Positions 29,640 through 39,114 of a stretch of DNA of 64,000 nucleotides are shown here, in pieces. Position numbers and translations under genes: made by a program. How positions within the stretch are numbered: position 1 is the stretch's first letter; each line of letters starts with the position of its first letter. The notes beneath the pieces were generated by a model. It made no database searches, was not told the origin of the DNA, and saw only the letters and a program-made list of their open reading frames with translations. Source of the DNA: Candidatus Nanoarchaeia archaeon (GTDB lineage: Archaea; Nanobdellota; Nanobdellia; Tiddalikarchaeales; Tiddalikarchaeaceae); NCBI GenBank assembly GCA_041652755.1, contig JBAZGS010000002.1, forward strand, positions 24,516 to 88,515, given 5' to 3'.

Positions 29640-30127
29640 AAGAAATTGATAATACTAAATTTTTAGAACTTGCTCAAATGATTTTATTATTAGGAAATTC
29701 ACAAAAAAATATAATTTATGAAAAACATAAATTCATGACTTTTTTATTTTTTATTAAAAATCCACTTTATTTAGGTAAATTATGTGAAAAAATACATCCG
29801 GAATTCTCAAAAAATATTCATTTAAATCATACTGAAGAATATAACTTATTATATGATATTGAAAGAATAAGTGTTTGGAATAGTAAAAATGATTTAAACA
29901 TTGCATATCTATTAGGTAAAGGATTAGTGAATGTTGAATTAACTGATAAAGGATATTCTTTTTCTTTAACCTTAGAGGGGTTAAAATTATTTAAATCATT
30001 AAAAAATGATAAATCTATGCAAATAGAAAATATTAGATCTAAAATTATAAACAATATTTTTAAAAAAGAATCTTTTAATGAAATAAAAGGTATAATAATT
30101 GATAATTTTAAGGAGTTAAATCTATGA
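29636..30127 (+). CDS. small alpha-helical protein (LmuC/DdmB-like position), 163 aa from the coupled ATG
   Basis: ATGA overlaps at both ends (29636-29639 and 30124-30127). No motif recognised. The ORF track's earlier start at 29582 is probably not used. Confidence 0.35.
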   Translation: MKEIDNTKFLELAQMILLLGNSQKNIIYEKHKFMTFLFFIKNPLYLGKLCEKIHPEFSKNIHLNHTEEYNLLYDIERISVWNSKNDLNIAYLLGKGLVNVELTDKGYSFSLTLEGLKLFKSLKNDKSMQIENIRSKIINNIFKKESFNEIKGIIIDNFKELNL

Positions 30128-32052
30128 ATAAAAATCCTTATATTCAAATAAAAAGATTAAAAGTGGAAGGTTTACATAAATTTGATAAATCTTTTAAAAA
30201 AGGTTTACATATTTTAGTTGGTAATAATAACTCTTGTGGAAAAAGTTTGTTTATTAAATTAATTGATTTTGCTTTAGGTGATGATGGTAATGATTTAAAG
30301 GAGTATGGTATTTTAAAAGATTGTTCTTTTTTTTATGCAGAATTAGAGGTAAATAATGAAACTTTAACAATAAAAAGAAATTTATATATTATTGATTCAA
30401 CAATTGAATTATTTTATAATAAAACTATTCAAGAAATATTAACTTCATCAATTATACCAGAATCTATATCTTACTCTGATTATCAAAAATTATTATTTAA
30501 AAAATTAACAAATTTTGATTATATTCCTACTATTAGTTCAAAAGGTAAAAAAGTTAGTATAGGTTTTCCTCATTTTTCAAATCTTTTTTATTTAAATCAA
30601 GGAGTAGCAGCAGGCCAATTATTTAGGTATAGTGATATTTATTTTCCAAATTATTTGAAAAAAAAAGTATTAAGTCTTTTCTTGAATACAAATGAAATAA
30701 AAAAATCATCTGATGAAATTGAATTAGGTAATTTAAAAGAACAAGTTAAAAATTCTATTGACCAATTAAATACAAAAAGATCTTTTTTTAATTCAAAATT
30801 TAATATAGATAATTATTTTGCTGAAATTGAAAATAAAAATAATATATTAAAAGAAATTGACACTTTAAAAGATAATTTAAATAATATAAATCAAGAGGCT
30901 TTAATTCAAATTGATTTACCTGTTCAAGAAAAAGATACTTTATATTTTTTAAAGAAAAGATTAGAGGAAATAAATAATTTAATATTTAATTGTAATACTA
31001 ATATTAAACAAACAACTAAGATATTAAATGATTATTCAGAAGAAATTTCTAAAACTGAAAAAAATATAACTTCATTTAATTTAATGAAAAAATTTGATAT
31101 ATCTATTTGTCCTGAATGCAATAAAAAAATAATTAAACAACTTAATAATAATTGTCCATTATGTAAAGAAAAATTAGATGAGGAAAAATCATTAAATAAT
31201 TATTTTGATAATAATATGAAATATTTAAGTTATTTAAAAGGTGCACTAAAAGATTCTGTTGATGTTATAAATAATGATAAAGAAAATGTAAATAAATTAA
31301 TAAAAGAAAGAGAAGAATTAATTAATGAAATAAATATTAAAGAAAAAAAATTAAATGATTTTATTAAAACAAATAAATTACCTATTTTAGATAAAATTTC
31401 TGAATTAAGTTATGAAATTTCAAAAAGAGAAGAAAAATTGAATTTTATAAATAAAAATATTGAAATATTAGAATCTTTCAAACATGAAGACGAAAGAATT
31501 GAAGATTTAAAAAACAAAATTAAAATTTTAAACAATAAAATTAAAGAGATAGAATCCGATTTAATTAATAAAAGTAGAGAAGAAAAGTTATTATCTATTT
31601 TAAATAATAATTTTAATTCTTTTTTTAATAATATTAATTATCCTTCATTTGAAAAAGCAAATTTGAATGAAAATTTTGATATAACTATTACTAACAATAG
31701 AGATGGTATCCAAAATTTAAATAAAATTACTTCCTCAAGTAATAGAATAATAATAAGATTAGGTTTATTTTATTCATTATTAAAAACTTCTTTAGAAAAT
31801 GATAATATAAATTATCCAAAGTTAATTTATTTAGATTCACCTAGAGATCAAGAATTAACTTGGGAGAGATTTAGTAATTCATTATTGTCTTTTAAAAGAT
31901 TATTAGACAATTCTGACGTTGAAGGTCAAGTATTTATTACTGTAGTAGAAGATGCTAAAAATGTTTTTGAAGGAGAATATGAATCTCTAAATGATAATGT
32001 ATTTATGAGAATTGAAGATAAATCTAATTTAAGATTATTAAGAAAAAATTAA
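30124..32052 (+). CDS. SMC/Rad50-like coiled-coil ABC ATPase (LmuB/DdmC-like)
   Basis: N-terminal LHILVGNNNSCGKSLFIKLIDFALG (Walker A in Rad50/RecF-type context), a roughly 400-aa N/K/E-rich predicted coiled coil, a central CPECN-x12-CPLCK knuckle and C-terminal KLIYLDSPRDQEL Walker B/D-loop. aaggag RBS lies 8 nt upstream. Confidence 0.55.
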   Translation: MNKNPYIQIKRLKVEGLHKFDKSFKKGLHILVGNNNSCGKSLFIKLIDFALGDDGNDLKEYGILKDCSFFYAELEVNNETLTIKRNLYIIDSTIELFYNKTIQEILTSSIIPESISYSDYQKLLFKKLTNFDYIPTISSKGKKVSIGFPHFSNLFYLNQGVAAGQLFRYSDIYFPNYLKKKVLSLFLNTNEIKKSSDEIELGNLKEQVKNSIDQLNTKRSFFNSKFNIDNYFAEIENKNNILKEIDTLKDNLNNINQEALIQIDLPVQEKDTLYFLKKRLEEINNLIFNCNTNIKQTTKILNDYSEEISKTEKNITSFNLMKKFDISICPECNKKIIKQLNNNCPLCKEKLDEEKSLNNYFDNNMKYLSYLKGALKDSVDVINNDKENVNKLIKEREELINEINIKEKKLNDFIKTNKLPILDKISELSYEISKREEKLNFINKNIEILESFKHEDERIEDLKNKIKILNNKIKEIESDLINKSREEKLLSILNNNFNSFFNNINYPSFEKANLNENFDITITNNRDGIQNLNKITSSSNRIIIRLGLFYSLLKTSLENDNINYPKLIYLDSPRDQELTWERFSNSLLSFKRLLDNSDVEGQVFITVVEDAKNVFEGEYESLNDNVFMRIEDKSNLRLLRKN

Positions 32053-32070
32053 TTTATTTTTAAAAGACGT

Positions 32071-32712
32071 TTATTTCCAATAAATTATACAAAATAAAAT
32101 TGATAAAATTAAAACAAAAATACTTATTTTTATCTTATTTTTAAATCTAAATTTTTTATTCTTTCCAAAAGTTATAAATGAAATAGATTTTAAGTAAAAA
32201 TAATTAATTAATATAGACATACTCATAAAAATTGAAATACTTCCTAATGAACTACTAATTTCTTTTGAAACAAAAAATAAAGTATAAATTGTATTTATCA
32301 ATGAAAAAATTAATACTAAAATTTCTATAAAAAATATAAAATTTAACCAATTTCCTAAATAAAATTCTTTTTTTGACTTATTGATTTCTCTTTGAATTAT
32401 ATAAGGAAAAAAAGTATATATAATAAGCGCAATTATTCCATATCCAAAACTAGTTATTAATTCTCCTGGTGGGGGATTATTAAATAATATAAAATTTATA
32501 ATATTTATACTAAATAGGAGTGGAACTATAAGACAAAATAAAGCTAAGAATATTAAGAGTAAGTTTCCAGATTCTTTTAAATTTTTAATTGTAACATATT
32601 TACCTTTCTTAAAAAATAGAATATACATAAAATAAGTATAAATTGCCAGAAATAAAAATATGTTAGTGTTGGGTAAAAAATTTAAAATTATTGATATAAT
32701 ATCTATACTCAT
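32071..32712 (-). CDS. polytopic membrane protein
   Basis: 6-7 TM segments; convergent with the operon and inside the element. Confidence 0.35.
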   Translation of the reverse strand: MSIDIISIILNFLPNTNIFLFLAIYTYFMYILFFKKGKYVTIKNLKESGNLLLIFLALFCLIVPLLFSINIINFILFNNPPPGELITSFGYGIIALIIYTFFPYIIQREINKSKKEFYLGNWLNFIFFIEILVLIFSLINTIYTLFFVSKEISSSLGSISIFMSMSILINYFYLKSISFITFGKNKKFRFKNKIKISIFVLILSILFCIIYWK

Positions 32713-32872
32713 ATTTGATTTAATTCACCTTTGACTAAAAAATATTTGTATTTTTTATGTATATTTTAAATATAATACTTATTAAGTAATTTTTTAAATC
32801 ATGTGCTCATTGTTTATATTAAGTTTAATGCTTAAGTAATACCCTAGAACCCAAATCCCAGCCAGGGCGCAC

Positions 32873-33715
32873 TTATTCTTTTTGTTTCCAATGATTGATT
32901 GCCTCAATATTGGTTCTGTAATAGTCTATTATTATGCCTTTTTTGAGCTCTTCATTACAGTCAATAAGCTTTTTCTGCTCAAAAGATGGTTCTAAGGTTC
33001 CAGTGTTTATGAAAATTCTCCTGTTAATCTCCCTATCTTTCCTGCCAAATCTCTTATATTTAAACACGTTGTCAAAGTAATCTTTTTCATCAGTGGTTTT
33101 TACGTAATACTTATTTTTGTTATCCATATTTAGCACCATCTCTTCGTCAAATAATTTTCCAATGAACATTAATTTATGAGTCCAATTCTGTGTTGGCAGT
33201 ATTGAAAGAAGCTCATTTCCTCTTTTTTTGCTGCTTTTGTCTGAATCATCATGAAATGAATTCGGCACAAATTCGTTATAAACGCTTTCTCCAGATAGGA
33301 GCACTTTTTTAAGCTTGGCATCTGAAGCGTTCAATGAGTCATAGATTGTCCTGAGCATGCACCAGTCAAGTTTTCCTCCTGTGAATATGAAAGAATCTTC
33401 ATGCTTAATCGAATCTTTTACTTCTTTTGGCAATACTCCTGAAATTGAGAACTCAAGATTGTAATTTTTCAGTTCCCTAAACTTTTTATTGCCTGTTATG
33501 ACATTTTCTTGCCCAAATTTTGTCAGGTCTTTGCTGTAAACATCGTTTATGCTGCCGTTTTTTTCCCTATAAACATCATAGATTAATCCGTCTTTGCAGC
33601 AGTCGCTCAGCTCAACAGTGCGACTAATTGGCAATTCATTTCCTAAATTTATCGGTCCCCAACCATTTCCCTCAACGTAATTCTTGTTGTAATGGGTTAT
33701 GAACATCACAGTCAT
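32873..33715 (-). CDS. hypothetical protein
   Basis: 280-aa ORF abutting attR on the chromosomal side. Confidence 0.3.
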   Translation of the reverse strand: MTVMFITHYNKNYVEGNGWGPINLGNELPISRTVELSDCCKDGLIYDVYREKNGSINDVYSKDLTKFGQENVITGNKKFRELKNYNLEFSISGVLPKEVKDSIKHEDSFIFTGGKLDWCMLRTIYDSLNASDAKLKKVLLSGESVYNEFVPNSFHDDSDKSSKKRGNELLSILPTQNWTHKLMFIGKLFDEEMVLNMDNKNKYYVKTTDEKDYFDNVFKYKRFGRKDREINRRIFINTGTLEPSFEQKKLIDCNEELKKGIIIDYYRTNIEAINHWKQKE

Positions 33716-34041
33716 AAAAATACAATTGAAACAATTCTATTTAAATAATTAATTACTTCCTTAAAAAAAAACTGATTAATTGAAGGATTAAAAAAAATCA
33801 TTTCTTCTGTCAATTATTTTAAAATTTTCACTTTCAATCATTTTAATTACTTATTATTAACTTATGGGCTTATAAAAATATTATTTTGAACTTACTAACT
33901 ATTGTTTTTTTATATAATCCTGAACTTTTGATTTAATATTCAACTAAAACAGTTTTTTCTTTTTGTCACTGAAAAGTTAACCTTATATTTTAAAAAATAG
34001 TGGGGAATATGAAAAATCATGAATGAGGTGTTTTTGAAAAA

Positions 34042-35460
34042 ATGAGTGAAGTATTAATGCAAAACGCATTTAAATCTTATGAAGCAATAGCTAAACAGGC
34101 ATTAGAAAATAATTATGTCCTTAAAGGATGTTTTTTTCCAGAGCTTGGAGAGTTTTACAGAGGCAAAGTTGCTGACAATCACATGAAAGGAAACAAGTTG
34201 TACAGCTTTAGGACTGACAGGATTTCCGCATTTGATTACGTGCTAAAAAGGCAGCAAATTCCTTTCAAAGGAGCAGCGCAAATAGGAATGACTTATCATG
34301 CCTTGAAAAAGACAAATGTTCCGCATGCAATGATTGACAGGCCAGACCCTAATGTTTTAGTCTATAAAGAATGCAAACCTTTTCCAGTGGAAGCAATTGT
34401 TAGGGGCTATTTAACCGGCAGTTTCTTTAAAAATTATTATTCAAAAGGCAAGCCTAATCCTTGGAATTTAAAGGTTCCTAATGGGCTAAAAGAGTTTGAT
34501 GCATTTCCAGAGCCATTATTTACTCCAACAACAAAGGAGGATTCGGGGCATGATTTGGATATTCCTGAAAATGAAATAATTGAAAAAGGATATGCCACAA
34601 AAGAGCAGCTTAAGCAGGTCAAAGAGTACAGCTTCCAGCTTTTTAAGGAAGGCACAGAAACTGCTGCAGCGCAGAATTTTATACTAGTTGACACTAAGTA
34701 TGAGTTCGGAATCGATGAAAATGGAAACGTTGTAGTAATTGATGAAATCCACACACTTGATTCGTCAAGATTCTGGTACAAAAAAGACTATGATGAGAAT
34801 GTAGCAAAAGGAAAATCTCCCTACTCATGGTCTAAGCAGGTTGACAGGGACATCTTCTCATCAAAAGGGGATGTTGAATCATTCGGCTGCCTGCCAAGAT
34901 TAACCTTGGATGAAATAATCAAGACTTCAGTGATTTACATGCAGATGCATAAAGGAATAACAGGGCAAGACTTAATTTATAACCCAGCCAAAAATCAAAG
35001 CATTGAGGAAAGAATCCTTGAAAACATGGTATCAAAAGGCTATGCCAAAGGAGGATGCGCAATAATTATGGCTGCAAGCAAAATTGACCAGCCTCATTAC
35101 AGCAAAATCGCTGATGAACTGACAAATTTGAATGTTCCATGCTTTATTTCAGAGCCTCTTTCAGCGCATAAAGAAACGCAAAAAGTGCTTGATAAAGTTG
35201 AGCTATACAATACAAGTGTTGAGCCAATAGTATACATCAATGTTGCAGGAGGAAGCAACGGGTTAGGTCCTATAATTTCAGGAAAGATAGCGAAAGACAA
35301 GAAATCTTTCACCAATATTGCATGCCCAGTGTTTGCTGACAAGTCAACAATGCAAATGGATGCATGGTCAAGCTTGAACATGCCTTCAGACATAGCAATG
35401 CCTGTAATATTGCGCCCAAGAAATGCAGCGCTTGAAGCAAAAAATCAGCTGAAATTATAA
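34042..35460 (+). CDS. purCE: bifunctional SAICAR synthetase (PurC) / AIR carboxylase (PurE) fusion (PAICS-like)
   Basis: N-terminal FYRGKV...TDRISAFD (SAICAR synthetase). C-terminal IIMAASKID...SAHK...VAGGSNGLGPIISG...PV...MP pattern of PurE. Confidence 0.7.
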   Translation: MSEVLMQNAFKSYEAIAKQALENNYVLKGCFFPELGEFYRGKVADNHMKGNKLYSFRTDRISAFDYVLKRQQIPFKGAAQIGMTYHALKKTNVPHAMIDRPDPNVLVYKECKPFPVEAIVRGYLTGSFFKNYYSKGKPNPWNLKVPNGLKEFDAFPEPLFTPTTKEDSGHDLDIPENEIIEKGYATKEQLKQVKEYSFQLFKEGTETAAAQNFILVDTKYEFGIDENGNVVVIDEIHTLDSSRFWYKKDYDENVAKGKSPYSWSKQVDRDIFSSKGDVESFGCLPRLTLDEIIKTSVIYMQMHKGITGQDLIYNPAKNQSIEERILENMVSKGYAKGGCAIIMAASKIDQPHYSKIADELTNLNVPCFISEPLSAHKETQKVLDKVELYNTSVEPIVYINVAGGSNGLGPIISGKIAKDKKSFTNIACPVFADKSTMQMDAWSSLNMPSDIAMPVILRPRNAALEAKNQLKL

Positions 35461-35476
35461 AAATTAAAATATTAAC

Positions 35477-35506
35477 TTTTTTTTTTTTTTTTATTTTTTT
35501 TTTTTT
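35477..35506 (+). terminator. long oligo-T tract
   Basis: About 28 T in 30 nt immediately after the purCE stop. Archaeal terminators are oligo-T. Confidence 0.5.
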
Positions 35507-35618
35507 AAAAATTAGGGCCTAATAATCAGTGGTTTATATAAAAAAATGTTTTCATAGTAATCTCTAATAAGTAACAACATAATTCTTTTATATATGCAGC
35601 GAATTTCTCTTTTTTTAT

Positions 35619-36974
35619 ATGGGAAACATTGATTTTGGTTATGGTTCAAAAGAATCCGGAAACGTTGAAGAGACCACAAAGAAAAGCATTAACGGAGTTA
35701 AAGGTTTATACTTGTTTGATAGGAATGCTCTTGGCACTTTTTTCGGGTTTGATGCCAAAAGTTGCGATTTAGACTTTTATGCCAGCACTCTCGGAAGCAA
35801 AGGCCAGCAATTTTATGAAAATGGAGATATGGAAGGTTTTGCAACAAAAACCTATGACAATCATTTCGGACAAGCTCATAATTATGCAGATATTACTGTA
35901 GCTGCCAACCATTTAATGATTCATGAGGACAATAATCCTTTCAGGGACAGGTTTGTCGAGCAATTAAGAGTGCTTGGCCAAAAATATAACCTTGCTATTG
36001 CTGGAGGAGAAACCGCAATAATGTATACTTTGCTTGGAATGTATGCCAGCTTAACCTCAATAGGAATTAATACTTCTGGAACTCAAACGGATTTAGAAAA
36101 CACTGTTTTGACAACTCATGATGATGGGGCTGGAACAAAACCTGTAACCATTGCAAGAGCTTATGGGCTAAAGCACACTAGCTCAATATATGATGCTGGC
36201 GCAATGAATTTTAATGACATACTTTGTGCTGCTCTTTGCCTGCCAAGGGAATGGTTTGTTGTAAATACTTTAATTGTCGGAAAAAATTATGAAACTGTCT
36301 ACCCTTTGTACAAGAATGATTTACAAAAGCTCTGCACAGAGTTAGGCATGAACCTTAAGGTCAATAACCATGTCATAATGCCCAACTTCAAGGGAATTGA
36401 GTATGATATGAATGTTAGCGCTTTGTTTGATAAGCATAAACTTCGCAAATTTAATGTTCAGGAGGGCCAAAAATTAATAGGGCTTGGCGCCACAGGCTTA
36501 GGGAGCAATGGTTATACTGGTGCAGTAAGCTTTGCAGATAATAACCTAAAAGATGAACAAAGGGCTGAGTTTGATAAAAAGCTTTCAAAACCAACACCAA
36601 TATTCATTGATGCATTTAAAGCTGTTGAAGATATTCCTATCCAATGGGCATCCCATGTCACTGGAGGCGCTTTCACCAAACTAACTAAAATAATACCAAA
36701 TAATTTTGCAGTTTATATTAACAGGAATCATTCTTTAAAACCCCAATCTGAATTTTATCAGCTGAAAACTCAAGCAACAAACCAAAGAATGTATAGTTAT
36801 TTTAATTGCGGAATACAAGGAATACTTGGAGTTAAGCCGGAGCACGCTGATGAAGTAATCCAAAGAATAAGCAAAACGAATATTAAAGCAGATGAAATAG
36901 GCTATGTTAAAAAAGGAAAAGGGCAAATCCAAATAGAGTCAATGTTTGATAATGAACTAGTGACCTTTGAATAA
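35619..36974 (+). CDS. PurM-family (AIR synthetase-related) protein
   Basis: LAIAGGETAIM (PurM GGETAEM motif) and the upstream ADITVAANHL region. The N-terminal roughly 100 aa are divergent. Confidence 0.55.
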   Translation: MGNIDFGYGSKESGNVEETTKKSINGVKGLYLFDRNALGTFFGFDAKSCDLDFYASTLGSKGQQFYENGDMEGFATKTYDNHFGQAHNYADITVAANHLMIHEDNNPFRDRFVEQLRVLGQKYNLAIAGGETAIMYTLLGMYASLTSIGINTSGTQTDLENTVLTTHDDGAGTKPVTIARAYGLKHTSSIYDAGAMNFNDILCAALCLPREWFVVNTLIVGKNYETVYPLYKNDLQKLCTELGMNLKVNNHVIMPNFKGIEYDMNVSALFDKHKLRKFNVQEGQKLIGLGATGLGSNGYTGAVSFADNNLKDEQRAEFDKKLSKPTPIFIDAFKAVEDIPIQWASHVTGGAFTKLTKIIPNNFAVYINRNHSLKPQSEFYQLKTQATNQRMYSYFNCGIQGILGVKPEHADEVIQRISKTNIKADEIGYVKKGKGQIQIESMFDNELVTFE

Positions 36975-37002
36975 ACTATTTTTTTTCCCTCAAAAAAATT
37001 TA

Positions 37003-37587
37003 TTAATTTTCTTCTTTGAGTATTTTTTCAATCGAGTCTGTTATTAAATTTATTGCTTCTTTTTTGTACTTAATGCTTTTTGTGCAAACAGCACCTAGTG
37101 TTGACAAATCAATGTAATTAGGATTATATTCAGGCTCTTGGGCTATTATTTCATCGGTTTTTTCTTTTATTATATTAAATAATTTTTCCCCGTAATTATT
37201 CTTTACTAAACCAATATTTCCATCATTTAAGCCGTGCATTAATGAGTTTTTAAAATAAGTGCTTTGCTCAAGTATTGACATTAATCCTTCCTCTGCAATA
37301 TTCTTATTAGAGATTTTAATTGCTGTCAAATCGCAAGAATACTTGTCAGCAGGGTAGCCTGCAGTTTTTAATCCTAAAGCAATTAAATATTGTTGGTTAT
37401 TAAAAGTGCATAAACTCGCATTTTCATAAATCATTTCTCCTGTTCGGGTTCTATGCCAGTCGCTATCATCAGCTATTTCTGCATAAACTTTTTCGGAAAA
37501 ATTAATTTTTTCATGCTTGTTTTTTTTGATTAATGAATTATATATTCCTTGAAATAATTCATTGACTGTAATTCCTTTATTAGTCAT
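37003..37587 (-). CDS. hypothetical protein
   Basis: 194-aa ORF. Confidence 0.3.
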   Translation of the reverse strand: MTNKGITVNELFQGIYNSLIKKNKHEKINFSEKVYAEIADDSDWHRTRTGEMIYENASLCTFNNQQYLIALGLKTAGYPADKYSCDLTAIKISNKNIAEEGLMSILEQSTYFKNSLMHGLNDGNIGLVKNNYGEKLFNIIKEKTDEIIAQEPEYNPNYIDLSTLGAVCTKSIKYKKEAINLITDSIEKILKEEN

Positions 37588-37755
37588 TCTAAAAATGGAA
37601 AACTATTCTATTTATAAACATTGCCATTAAAAAAAGTGTTAATTAATTTGGTTTAAAATGAATTTTTATTTTAATATTCAGCAAGAGCATCTTATTTTCT
37701 TATAAATGAGAATATAATAACATTTTAATATTTAAGGGTAATAATAATTTAATTA

Positions 37756-39114
37756 ATGAAACATTTTAAATCAATAGTTATGTTATTAATTATTTTAATT
37801 ATTTCTCCAGCTTTTTCTTTGGAGGTTCAAAAATATTCTTTTTTTGACAAGTTTATTGATGGATTCAGGTTATTTTTCTCCTCAAGTGAGGCTAAAGTTG
37901 ATTTGCTTTTAGAAATAAAGGAAAAAGAGATTAATTCAGCAATAGCGAGTTATGCTGAAGGGAATTTAAATGAAGCAAACAAAAGCTTAACTAGTGCAAC
38001 ACTAAATCTTGAAAGAATAGTAGGGCTCACAACTTTGAACAATACTGAAAAGATTTCATCAAGCATAGCAAATACTGTTAGCCAATTAAGTGCATTAAAT
38101 ATTTCCAAAGCCTTTAATGATTATATTGTTGATGAGCAGGCAGCTAAAGCCTCAGCGCAGATTATGGAAAAAACTTATGAATATTGCAAAAAATTAGCAT
38201 ATAGCAATCATGATTCTTTTATTAATGATGACTTATGCAATCCTTTAACTGCCTCTCCAAAAATTAAGGCAGAATTGGAAACCTTAAGGCAGGAGTATAA
38301 TGATTCAATGGATGAAATCTTTATGCTTATCCAAAATTGCATTGAGACTCCTTTAAGCTGCTCATGCGAAAGCGTAGATGATTCTGCCATAAAAAACAAA
38401 TGCGAAGATACAGTTGCACTGGCAATAAAATGCGAATACAACAATGATGAATCTTCATGCACTTTAATTGATTCCATCTTCCCCAAATTAATTACTTATG
38501 AAAATGTGAGCCATGCAATTAATTTTGGATTGAATAACACATTGGTTCCAAGCAAATGCTACAATGAAACTGATAATGAAGAATGCCAAATTTATTGGGC
38601 TATGCCAAGCATTAAGGATTCAATACCTAGCTGCTACAATAATGAAGGTAAGTTCATGGATTCATGCGGAAAAATTTTCACAATTGTTTCAAACAATGGA
38701 TTAATAAATTATATAATAGAAACCGAGATTAACCAAAAAATACAGGAATTACTCAACAGCTCATTAAACAACACTGTTGACATTAATATGACAATTAATC
38801 AGACAATGCAGGAAATAATAGCCCTTAACAGCAGCATTTCATCAAGAATATTTGCAGAAGGAACCCTTGATACAGGAAATTCTACAACTATAATCAATAA
38901 TACTATTATTCAAGGTAATGCAACTAACGATGTTAATACTGTTGTAATTGTTGGCAATTGTAGTGGTAATGCAACTAATGATGTTAATACTGTTGTAATT
39001 GTTGGCAATGGTAGTGGTAATGCAACTAATGATGTTAATACTGTTGTAATTGTTGGCAATAGTGGCGGTAATTTGACTCAGGGTAATAGCACAGTAATAC
39101 TTGAAGACGAATAA
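37756..39114 (+). CDS. secreted Cys-containing protein with C-terminal 17-aa tandem repeats
   Basis: Signal peptide, then three in-frame copies of GNATNDVNTVVIVGN(C/G/S)SG encoded by the 51-nt repeat. Confidence 0.45.
   Translation: MKHFKSIVMLLIILIISPAFSLEVQKYSFFDKFIDGFRLFFSSSEAKVDLLLEIKEKEINSAIASYAEGNLNEANKSLTSATLNLERIVGLTTLNNTEKISSSIANTVSQLSALNISKAFNDYIVDEQAAKASAQIMEKTYEYCKKLAYSNHDSFINDDLCNPLTASPKIKAELETLRQEYNDSMDEIFMLIQNCIETPLSCSCESVDDSAIKNKCEDTVALAIKCEYNNDESSCTLIDSIFPKLITYENVSHAINFGLNNTLVPSKCYNETDNEECQIYWAMPSIKDSIPSCYNNEGKFMDSCGKIFTIVSNNGLINYIIETEINQKIQELLNSSLNNTVDINMTINQTMQEIIALNSSISSRIFAEGTLDTGNSTTIINNTIIQGNATNDVNTVVIVGNCSGNATNDVNTVVIVGNGSGNATNDVNTVVIVGNSGGNLTQGNSTVILEDE
38914..39066 (+). 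repeat. 51-nt tandem repeat x3 (near-identical) within a CDS
   Basis: ggtaatgcaactaa(c/t)gatgttaatactgttgtaattgttggcaat... repeated at 38914, 38965 and 39016. Confidence 0.85.

Larger units (their letters stand above)
23130..32869 (+). mobile_element. integrative element (pNOB8-type, intact integrase) inserted in the tRNA-Asp 3' end; no recognised virion genes
   Basis: 16-bp direct repeat aatcccagccagggcg at 23130-23145 (tRNA 3' end, attL) and 32854-32869 (attR). Tyrosine integrase lies immediately inside attL. Interior coding is visibly more AT-, Asn- and Lys-rich than the flanks. Confidence 0.75.

Noticed and set aside
30124-32052. A bona fide DNA-repair Rad50
   Set aside because: It is too short for archaeal Rad50 (about 880-900 aa), has no adjacent Mre11/HerA/NurA, is coupled to a PD-(D/E)xK protein, and sits on a mobile element.
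23146-32869. Calling the element a provirus
   Set aside because: No capsid, portal, terminase, primase or replication-initiator-like sequence is recognised. Integrative element or defence island is the supportable call.
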